Assembly: GCF_006345805.1 (NCBI RefSeq)
Contig: NC_043018.1
Span: 620,001 to 684,000 of the forward strand
Origin: Octopus sinensis
Taxonomy: Eukaryota
Length of the DNA stretch: 64,000 bases
Direction: 5' to 3'
The notes beneath the pieces are model-generated. The model searched no databases. It saw only the letters and a program-made list of their open reading frames with translations, and was not told where the DNA came from. Positions 54,058 to 64,000 of the stretch are shown in pieces. Every line of letters begins with the position of its first letter. Positions within the stretch are counted from its first letter, which is position 1. A program made the position numbers and the translations under genes.

Positions 54058-54238
54058 GAGAATTCACAAAAAAAAAGAAGAAAAGACGAAGAAATGTGGT
54101 GTAGACAACAAGCAGATGTATTAGCATAACGCTTGGCAAGTGAAAATGTCTTTAACGTTTCGAGCCTCCGCTCTTCCTCAGAAAGGAACACAGAAAGAAA
54201 CAAGGAGAGAAAATAAAGAATGTGTAGTGGCTACCGAT
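54055..54238 (-). mobile_element. HHR element subfamily F2
   Basis: Homologous to 47826-48028; flanked by (TA)n. Confidence 0.8.
54150..54185 (-). ncRNA. Minimal type I hammerhead ribozyme with a canonical core
   Basis: CTTT CTGAGGA A GAGC GGAG GCTC GAA A CG T T AAAG. Intact CUGANGA and GAAA; stem I CUUU/AAAG; GUU triplet. Confidence 0.75.
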
Positions 54239-54283
54239 CTATCATATATATATATATCCATTTTTCCATATTTGTATTAACTC

Positions 54284-54337
<54 letters not shown>

Positions 54338-54485
54338 GCTAACATTTAGCACAAAAAAAGTTGCTTGTAATTTCTGATTTCTAAGTTACCGCATACCTGG
54401 CGTAAAGTAATATAAGTGTATTTCACTAAAATGTACTGAATGATCTTTAGTTAAAAGTTCAATTAATTTCCTATATAAATTCATA

Positions 54486-54791
54486 TCACGTGATCACGTG
54501 ACCGACCAGACCATCAGATGTTGTTACACATGGCTGGTCACAATGCGTACGCATTGTTTTAGCCTTCAAATGACGCCACCCCGCTGGCTAAGCGAGCAGG
54601 CCAACGGAAGAAAGAGCGGGAGAAAGAGTGGTGGAAGAGTACAGCAGGGATCACCACCCCCTGCCGGAGCCTCGTGGAGCTTTTAGGTGTTTTTGCTCAA
54701 TAAACACTCACAAGGCCCGGTCTGGGAATCGAAACCGCGATCCTGCGACCGCGAGTCCGCTGCCCTAACCACTGGGCCATTGCGCCTCCAC
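54486..54791 (-). mobile_element. SINE family C, tail type 3
   Basis: Head nearly identical to the 11805-12193 copy; unrelated tail ending in (TCACGTGA)2. Confidence 0.85.
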
Positions 54792-55299
54792 ATATGTAAA
54801 TATGCATAATAAAAATAGTAGAAAACAACAATGGAGATCCATGTGGCCAAAATGCTCGCTTTCACAATCTCTTTATTATGAGTCAGTTTTTCTGCTCGCT
54901 AGCTTGTGCAAGTGACTTCAGGACAACCAGTACCATATGATTGGACATGGTACACAGGACCTGTATGGAAGCCCCTCATATGTGCCAGTGTGTGTTTGCT
55001 CCTATCTGTCACTTCTTGAAGACAGGGGTTAGTTTGCTTATGCCCTCGGAAGTTAATGGTTCGGCAAAAGTGATCGGATAGGATAGACTAAGCCTTAAAC
55101 AGAAATGTACTGGGGTGAATTTGTTCGACTAAGTCATTGCGATGCAGTAACCGAAGCAATTAGAAAATAAATGATATACATGCATATATGAATGATATAG
55201 GCGTACACCGACGCCTGCACACATAGCACGCAAAATAAAAGGAAAAAAACGCCCAGTGACATGTACGTACACACGGAAACATACACATCCAATTATACC

Positions 55300-55544
55300 T
55301 ATTTCTTTACTACCCACAAGGGGCTAAACACAGAGAGGACAAACAAGGACAGACGAAAGGATTAAGTCGATCACAAAAGGATTAAGTCGCACTGCGTAAC
55401 TGGTACTTAATTTATCGACCACGAACAGATGAAAGGCAAAGTCGACCTCGGCAGAATTTGAACTCAGAACGTAATGGCAGACAAAATACGGCTACGCATT
55501 TCGCCCGGTGTGCTAACGTTTCTGGCAGCTCGCCGTTGGCAGAA
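55300..55544 (-). mobile_element. SINE family B with a 15-bp TSD
   Basis: TSD acatccaattatacc at 55285-55299 and 55545-55559. Confidence 0.9.
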
Positions 55545-56690
55545 ACATCCAATTATACCCATATGATGTTACTGTAATGTGAGATTCAATGCACGTTGAA
55601 CCATACATTACAGTAACATTACAGTATCACGTTGTTTAACATAGAGCATTTTCTACAATATATCACGTGGTTTCTTTGTAGTGCGTGTTGCTTATTCAGT
55701 GATTGCAATTGGGCAATTTATAGCTAAATAAAATGTAATAAACATAGATGCGTAGCTTCATTATTGAAAGTGTTAGCAAATAATGGTTTCTTAATTTGAC
55801 TGGAAATCATTTGAATTTGATAGAGGTCGAAGAAGGAAAATTGGTCTTCTCACGGATTTTCTGTTTTCTATAAATAATATCATTTAAATACAAAATTGAA
55901 ATCCAACTAAGGTGACAATTTGTGGAGAAGTTAATTCATGTTCAGATGCAAGGTATAGAAGACGAAAATAATTCTTATTATTGTGTTTGTGATGAAAGGT
56001 TTGTAAATGTGTGTGTGTGGAGGGAGGAATGCTGGTTAACGAGAATGTTTGTGAATTCATATGGATAAGAGTGCGTGGCTTTTATTCTTATTTATTTCTC
56101 ATTCATATCGTGCTTCGGTTTCAGTTATTCCACGTAAAGTTCAAGCCATTCTTTTACTCTGTGACAAAAATGTCTTTCGCACTGGAGGTAAACAGTGCCT
56201 GTTTGTTTATCAGTAGTCAGAAACAGCGTTTAAATGACTGTCTCAAATCTGTGTTTTTTAAGGAGTCACTTAAGCTCTCTGCTTCAAGTAATATATCTAA
56301 GAGGCAAAAGATATTGCAAATATCCACCGTTTGCTAGAATTAAACAAAAATGAGCCATCCTCAGCGTAAGCCAGATACACAAAACGCTTGTCTAATTCAA
56401 AGATACAAAATGGATGCCGGGTGACCGTAGTAGACATATGCGTTTGTAATTAGAACTTGATATTTAATAGTTTAATATATTGTTAAAGGGTACGTTGCTG
56501 TGACAATTACTTATTAGAAAGTGAAGTGACGGTACAGTGGCTTAGAAGCATTGCCGTCTCTAGATTGCTAACACTAAAATATCTACGTGAAAGCTAAGTA
56601 AAATGACTACATCTTCGACTATTCTGGACCTAAAATTGCTAAAAAATGCCAATGAGAAGTCCTTGAAAAGAAGTTAATGTTATATAAACA

Positions 56691-57090
56691 GGGAGTGGCT
56701 GTGTGGTAAGTAGCTTGCTAACCAACCACATGATCCGGGTTCAGTCCCACTGCGTGGCATCTTGGGCAAGTGTCTTCTGCTATAGCCCCGGGCCGACCAA
56801 TGCCTTGTGAGTGAATTTGGTAGACGGAAACTGGAAGAAGCCTGTCGTATATATGTATATATATATGTATTTGTGTGTTTGTGTGTCTGTGTTTGTCCCC
56901 CTAGCATTGCTTGACAACCGATGCTGGTGTGTTTACGTCCCCGTCCTTAGCGGTTCGGCAAAAGAGACCGATAGAATAAGTACTGGGCTTACAAAGAATA
57001 AGTCCCGGGGTCGATTTGCTCGACTAAAGGCGGTGCTCCAGCATGGCCGCAGTAAAATGACTGAAACAAGTAAAAGAGCAAAAGAGTAAA
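56691..57090 (+). mobile_element. SINE family A, full length
   Basis: Consensus match. Confidence 0.9.
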
Positions 57091-57364
57091 GGGAAAGTAT
57101 GTTATGTCACACGGATGGATAGAACCTGAAACCACGGACAGTGTAATGCTCCTGAAATTATATATATATATATATATATATAGTAGTAGTAGAAATCTGT
57201 ACTGACTTAATAAAATGTTAATGTACAGAGACACATAGAACCTAATTCCACATACAGACACACAACTATACGCGCGCGCGTACACACACACACGGATATG
57301 TACGTATGTATGCATGTATGTATGTATGTATGTATGTATGTATGCATGCATGTATGTATATATA

Positions 57365-57405
<41 letters not shown>

Positions 57406-57413
57406 ATATATAT

Positions 57414-57641
57414 AAGGCGGCGAGCTGGCAGAAACGTTAGCACGCCGGGCGAAATGCGTTGCCGTATTTCGTCTGCCGTTACGTTTCGAGTTCAAATTCC
57501 GCCGAGGTCGACTTTGCCTTTCATCCTTCCGGGGTCGATAAATTAAGTACCAGTTACGCACTGGGGTCGACGTAATCGACTTAATCCCTTTGTCTGTCCT
57601 TGTTTGTCTCCTCTCTGTTTAGCCCCTTGTGGGTAGTAAAG

Positions 57642-57646
<5 letters not shown>
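57414..57646 (+). mobile_element. SINE family B, full length, within (TA)n
   Basis: Consensus match. Confidence 0.9.
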
Positions 57647-57675
<29 letters not shown>

Positions 57676-57730
57676 GAAAGAGTACTTTGTAAGGTTTCAC
57701 CCAAAAGTAGAATTACAAATATCACTAAAT

Positions 57731-57918
57731 GTAAGTAAGGTGTTAGAAGGCACCTATATTGCTAGAAATAACAGCTAAGAGTTCAGAATCGCCACTTTTC
57801 GGACGATTATACTCCCATTTAGTACATATGTTTAGATTCACGTGCGTTAACTCTGAAGCATTAGAGCAGTGTAGTTCTTATTTGTAGCAATGTACGTGTT
57901 TTCTAACACTCTAGTCAC
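57731..57918. mobile_element. MITE-like element, second copy of the 43571 TIR family
   Basis: gtgttagaaggcacctatattgctagaaataacagcta ... tagttcttatttgtagcaatgtacgtgttttctaacac. Confidence 0.5.
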
Positions 57919-57924
57919 TTTTAG

Positions 57925-57964
<40 letters not shown>

Positions 57965-58995
57965 ATGCCTATGTATGTGTAAGTATGCGTGCGTAGATAT
58001 ACCTATGTAAAACCTCCACACAGCGACATATATGAGGACGCAATGAAATATAATTTCCATTTAAATAAGTAATTAGCATATATTTATAAAAAAATATTTA
58101 TATAAGCTATACATGAATAAATTATAGTCAAACTGAAACACACGCACATACACACTCAGATACACACACACACAACACACACACACACAGACACGCACAT
58201 AAACACACACGCATTCCAAAATGCTTATGAGCATATATATGTCGATTTATTTATGGATATGTTTTTATGGCTCAATACGAAGTAGAGTGATTAGTCAAAT
58301 AGTTGCAATATGAATGTTGATGTGATGGAATTTAAGAAAGAGCAATCTAGTGATTTCTGCTGTGTTTACGTTCTCAAAGGACCCCGAAATATTAATTTAC
58401 TTCCCGAAATATTATCTACACACTTTTATTGTATGCTAATAATTTTCAGAAATTTGGTTGTTCCGAGGTCTTGAATTCGAAGGTCACGAATATTTGCATC
58501 ACACACTATTGTTGATAACCTTTTCGAGAAATTCCGGGCTAGCAGTGCTTCAGGGAATGAAGTGTCATTATCTGGCATTTATTTTATGGACCCTGAAATG
58601 TTCAAAGGAAAATTCGACATCGATGGAATTTGGAATCAGAAGTGAAGACGGATGAAAGGACGCTAAGCTTTGATTAAAGAAAATCAGAAGATATGACGAA
58701 ATTATTTTATTCGATTCAAGTGACATGGGAACAATTTTAAACCAAGATGGCTAAAACGTGGTAGAATACAGAAAACGTATCGAAATATTATCATGCTCGC
58801 TTAAGATATATATAAGTCAATGTCACGCTGTAGACACCATAGGAAATTAATTTTTATTAAGTTAACGAATTTTAAAAAGACAAAATATACGATTACCTGG
58901 TAGAAGCAATGCTAACGTGAGTGTGTGCCTGCGACTGTGTGTGCGTGTGTGTGTAGTGCGTGTGTTGTGTGTGTGTATACATATATATATATATA

Positions 58996-59192
58996 GTTAA
59001 TTCAGACAAGAAAGCACAAAAAAAAAACACAACGCGAGGACGTGGAACAAATATATTATTATTGGATGCTCAGGAAAGAAGGAGGGTTTAACGTTTCGAG
59101 CGGAGCTCTTCGTCGGAAACATAGGAGAAGGAAAGATACAGAGAAGGGAAGAGAGAGAGGAAAAAAATCGCCAACGGTACACACGCGGTCAC
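58996..59192 (-). mobile_element. HHR element subfamily F1
   Basis: Reverse complement of the 34127 and 39159 elements; lies between (TA)n and (TG)n. Confidence 0.8.
59086..59120 (-). ncRNA. Minimal type I hammerhead motif (GUU triplet, U4C variant)
   Basis: GTTT CCGACGA A GAGC TCC GCTC GAA A CG T T AAAC. Confidence 0.65.
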
Positions 59193-59261
59193 ATTGTATG
59201 TGTGTGTGTGTGTGTGTGTGTATTAATATGCATATCCATATACATATACTATTTTGCTCTT

Positions 59262-59475
59262 TTATTTGTATCAGTCATTTGAGTGTGACCAAGATGGAGC
59301 ACCGATTTTATTCGAAAAATCGACCCCAGAACTCATTCTGTCTAAGCCTAGTACTTATTCTATAGTTCACTTTTGCTGGACCGCTCAGTTACATGGACAT
59401 AAACACACCAGCTTCGGTTGGCAATTGTGCGTAGGAGGACAAACACAGACACACATAGATACACGCACACACACA

Positions 59476-59532
<57 letters not shown>

Positions 59533-59755
59533 GTATCTCTCTCTTACTCTTTTTCTCTCTCTCTCTCTTTCTCTCTATCCCCCCTCTCTCTATATATATA
59601 TATATGATGGGTTTCTTTCAGATTCCGACTACAAATCCCACTCACAATGCTTTGGTTAATCCGAGTCTATAACCTAATCTGTCACGCAGTGGAACGGAAC
59701 CCGAAAGCGAGTGATTTATAAGCAAGTTACCTACCATACAGCTACTCCTGCGCCT
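59262..59755 (-). mobile_element. Diverged SINE A with an internal (TCTA)n
   Basis: Recognisable A tail and head flanking the microsatellite. Confidence 0.7.
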
Positions 59756-59775
59756 CTCTCTCTCTCCCTCCTTCT

Positions 59776-59839
<64 letters not shown>

Positions 59840-60127
59840 GCCAGCTAAGTTGAACTGTCTAAAGTCGAAAGACGCCTGTTGTTTTTGTCCTGTTGTTATT
59901 ATTATTATTGTTCCTTGTATTTATATTCGTGTAACATCGTACGTTTTTCTGTCCTCGTTTCGTATATTTCGATACTTTTCCCAAGAAATCTAATGCTCAT
60001 AGCTTAGTTTTCCCTTGGGGCTGGGCAGATCGGAGCAATCTCAGCGAAACTGAACCCGGGACTATGTAGTTGGGAAGCAAACATTTTACCACAGTTCCAC
60101 GCCTGCGCCAATAATTCTCACTCTCTC

Positions 60128-60170
<43 letters not shown>

Positions 60171-60712
60171 GAATGTGTTAAAGGTGTGTGCTTATATGGT
60201 ATGATACATACGCACCGTGCAAACATATATATACACACACGCACGCATATATATTATACACACACCCTTACATACACTTGTGTATTTGTGTTGCAACAAT
60301 GGAGAATATCACATTTCTCTTTCGTTAAACCTTTCACTGATGAATGAAACTAGAAATACTTTCGACTTTAATGTCTCCATAACAACAACTTTCTTTCCGC
60401 ATAGTAGATTTCTTAGACTGGCCCTTTGACCTGTCTAACAAGAGAAACCAATTGAGCCGTTTGCATGTGTGAATAATTCCTGTAACCAGACACCGAACAT
60501 CTCATAAAACATTTTTTTTTTAAAGTGCGCAAAGGAGCAGATATAACCGTCTGATTAAGTAGTTTTAGTTTTCAATACGTGTTTCTGGGTTTCGATTTAT
60601 CTCGTTAACTCGGGCCAGATGTGCATTTCCTCCAAATAACCGTAGAATAGTTTCTAACTTAGAAATTTCATCACTTTGAAATCAATAAATACGTGTGCTT
60701 AGTAAATATGTT

Positions 60713-60749
<37 letters not shown>

Positions 60750-63740
60750 TTCTTCCTCACCTTCGATTGACAAAAGATATTGGTCTGTTCACGTCGATGC
60801 AACTTAGCGTTTCCGTAAAAGAGACGATAGAATGAGTGCTATGATTAAAAAGAAAATGAGTACGGACGAAGGTTAGTTCAATTGAAATTCCTTAAATCGT
60901 TGCTCCAGTATGGCATCAGCCTAATGTCTAGAATATGTTTCACCAGAACACAGCTTGTTTGTATTATAACTCCTTGTATACACAGTATATCTATTTTTAC
61001 GCAAGCAGACATACATATATACATATCATATTGCTTTCAAATTTCGGCTTTAAGCCTGCAATTTTGTGGTAGACGTAATTCGATTGCAGCGATACCTATG
61101 TTTAGCTGGTCTAATTTTATCGATCCTGAGAAGATGAAAGCAAAGTCGTCCACGGCGGAGTTAGAACTCACAACGTAATAATCGGGCAAAATATCAGGCC
61201 TCAACATTTCGTCCAGCGTGTTCACTATTCAGTGCGCTTGCTACTTAATATTTCATTATATTAGATTGTTATATTATATTAGATTATATAATATTAGAAC
61301 TAAAATTATGCATGTGACTGAAGGGCCGTGATATTTTCGTATACATCATAAACACAATTAAAAATTACATACTGCTCTTACTTATATATATAGTATTACG
61401 ATGAACCATTATCGAAAGCTCATTAAAAATTCTTATTATAAACATTGTTAGGCAACCTCGCATATCAACTGCAACAACAACGACAACAACTGGAAGAACC
61501 CTAGTGACCATATTAACTTTTATTGTATCGGTAGCAGGAGGATTACAACGAACGTGGTCAAGGAGGAGGATATAACTAAAAATAAAAAAAAAATAGACTA
61601 ATAAAAAAACAAATCGAATAATTACGTAAGGCGCTCTATTGTCTGTTAATCCATCTATACAAGTTTGCCTGATCCTTTTTTACGTTTAATTCGTCATTCG
61701 GATTGTCATTATCTTGTGAAACTGAAGTGAAAAATCATAAAAACAGTGATAATCTCAAATAATTTGAGAATATTTTCTATTTTAAATTTGAATATATTTA
61801 TATATATATATCATTGGGTATATTACAGATTTTAAGATGGCAGCAGAGTGTACATTGAAATGAAATTGGGATACATTCTTTAGTAGGCCGAGTGGAAGAG
61901 TAGAACTTTCTTATACAAGTGTAAAAATAACACTATTATTCAATGTTTCGTAATGGAAAGTGGCAAAAATTATCTTAGGGGCATTAACAGAAAAGCGCTT
62001 CACTTGTCAGAACGAAATATCATATCTTGATGTCAAATTACAAAATATTCTAAGAAAATCGAGAATTTATAACTAAATACATTAAAATTTTGCCGGAAGA
62101 ATTTAAGGAATTAGTATTAGATTGACACCGTGTTATTTAAAAAGGAAATTTGAAGAAAACTTTGATGTGTGAAGCAGCAATTTCCCCTATAACTGTGGTG
62201 TAACTGGTTTACCTGCTGGCCAGTGAAAAACGAGGGAAACTCGCAGTAATATGTTGGACATAATTCTTTCAAATCAGAAAATAGACATGAACACACGCTT
62301 GTATTATACAAACAATAACATCCCCACACAAACTCAAACCTATTGAAATCATGGATTTCTAGAACACTTTACTCCAACTCCGAGTATGAAGAGCACACCT
62401 AAATCTCACTCGCAAATCTTCATATTTGTTTTTGTCCGTGTTTTGCACGTGCGTATTTATAAATTTAGTAATTTATCCACCATTGCTGAGAAATATACCA
62501 TATATATTGTTAGTAATTGTTTTAAATAGGGAAGGCTAGTGTAGTATTTGAAAGTGAGAGGAAGAAATCTTCAAACAGAGGACTATGGCCGAATGCTTGC
62601 ACCAAACTGGACACCGCTAAACGAATTCAACGTACCACTTTGTACAATTAAACAGAAATACGGATTAAAACTACCAGCCATGTGGGCCGCTATGTTATTT
62701 GAACTCACAAGGCATGGAGGCAGAATAAATACCTTGGTGCAATCAGTTTCGCCTGTCCACGGCTATGGATTTGTGTTTTCTTCGCTAATCCCGAAAGAAG
62801 TAAAGCAAACGTGGCCTCAGCAGGATTGGAACTGAAAGCGCAGATTTTCGTAGAAATATTCTCGTGCAATCTATGTAACGTACTGACGACTTTGCTATTT
62901 GCCCCACAGTGATTGCTGCACTCATATACATTCTCCTATGCATCATCCTACCGAATCTTCTTAGACCACTTTATGTATTATACAAATTCTGCTGATATAA
63001 ATAGCATTAAGATCTCTATTTATTTTTAGCTAGGCACTATGCCAACTGATATAGATTACAAGTGAAATCATGTGATTCAACGCTGAATTTTTATGACCTT
63101 GCGATATTATATATTTTATTATTTTATTGATTCCAGAATTATTAGGCAATTTCCGTTCTGGGCTTCCAATTCAAGCTCAAAGATTTAGGTTAACCATAAC
63201 GACCTTACAATCTTGATACCTGGTCCTTATTTTATGGACCCCCTAAGGAAGATGAAAGACAAATTAGACCCACGTTTAAAGAGAAACAACTAAACAGCAA
63301 GCGTGTGACAAAAATCTTTGCTGAAGTAAGTGTTGCAATAATTCACATAATCGTACGTACACAAGTGAGTGAAAACCAAATTGTTTCCCACAGAGTACTC
63401 AATACTTTTAAAACATTGAGCACATACATTCATTTCGCAAGTAGAAAATTCGTTCTCTTATTCAATTATTTTACATTCAATTTTTTGCGCAAGGCCAGAA
63501 TTTTAGGGGAGGGGGAAAGTTAATTACATCGACATCAGTGTTTATCTAGTACTTATATTATCGATCCTGAAATGAGGAAAGGCATAATAAACCTTTCCGG
63601 CAATTGAATTCAGAACGTAAAACCGTAAAGCAGGACGAAATACAGCTAAATATTTTGTCTGACGTACAGCTATATGAATATAATTTCAGTATATCAGCTT
63701 CATAAAATATTCTTATTCTTCATCTATCTATCTATCATAC

Positions 63741-64000
63741 GCGTATGAGTGGCTGTGTGGTAAGTAACTTGCTTACCAACCACATGGTTCCGGGTTCAGT
63801 CCCATTGCGTGGCAACTTGGGCACGTGTCTTCTACTATAGCTTCGGGCCAACCAAAACTTTGTGAGTGGATTTGGTAGACGGAAACTGAAAGAAGCCCGT
63901 CGTATATATGTATATGTATATATATATGTTTGTGTGTGCGTGTGCGTGTGTGTGCGTGTGTGTGTGTGTTTGTGTGTCTGTGTTTGTCCGCCCAACTTCG
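63741..64000 (+). mobile_element. SINE family A, cut by window end
   Basis: Head and internal microsatellite match the consensus. Confidence 0.9.

Noticed and set aside
60328-60350. CTGATGA-AT-GAAAC as a hammerhead
   Set aside because: There is no stem II or stem I complementarity and no related copies; a chance match.
62548-62835. 95-aa non-repetitive ORF
   Set aside because: It has a non-ATG start and no domain I recognise, and its length is within chance expectation for 64 kb in six frames.
3060-63995. The many YI/IY, HT/VC, LS/SI and poly-I/L/S ORFs in the supplied track
   Set aside because: They are translations of (TA)n, (CA)n, (CT)n, (TCTA)n and trinucleotide arrays, which lack stops by composition.
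7900-63995. Recurrent ORFs such as MLGGQTQTH...[25 protein letters not shown]
   Set aside because: They are antisense readings of SINE A copies, not a gene family.

Overview
Repeat-saturated, AT-rich eukaryotic genomic DNA with no recognisable host gene. The SINE and microsatellite landscape suggests an octopus or another coleoid cephalopod; this is inference only. Nearly all ORFs in the supplied track are translations of microsatellites or repeats. Contents: (1) four tRNA-headed SINE families, here labelled A-D, several with target-site duplications (TSDs); (2) fossils of two mariner transposases, a Tc1 transposase, a CR1/L2-group LINE 3' end, a Helitron RepHel and Penelope-like (PLE) reverse transcriptase; (3) non-autonomous Helitrons and MITE-like elements; (4) one 100-N assembly gap. 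The most notable signal is a set of ~160-220 bp non-coding elements sitting in (TA)n/(CA)n tracts that carry minimal type I hammerhead ribozyme (HHR) motifs. Four different stem I sequences occur, and each is matched by its own complementary strand (fully in three lineages, only after removing a 1-nt insertion in the fourth). This points to a PLE-derived, retrozyme-like family that targets microsatellites. Motif coordinates were read by hand; outer boundaries of diverged repeats are approximate.
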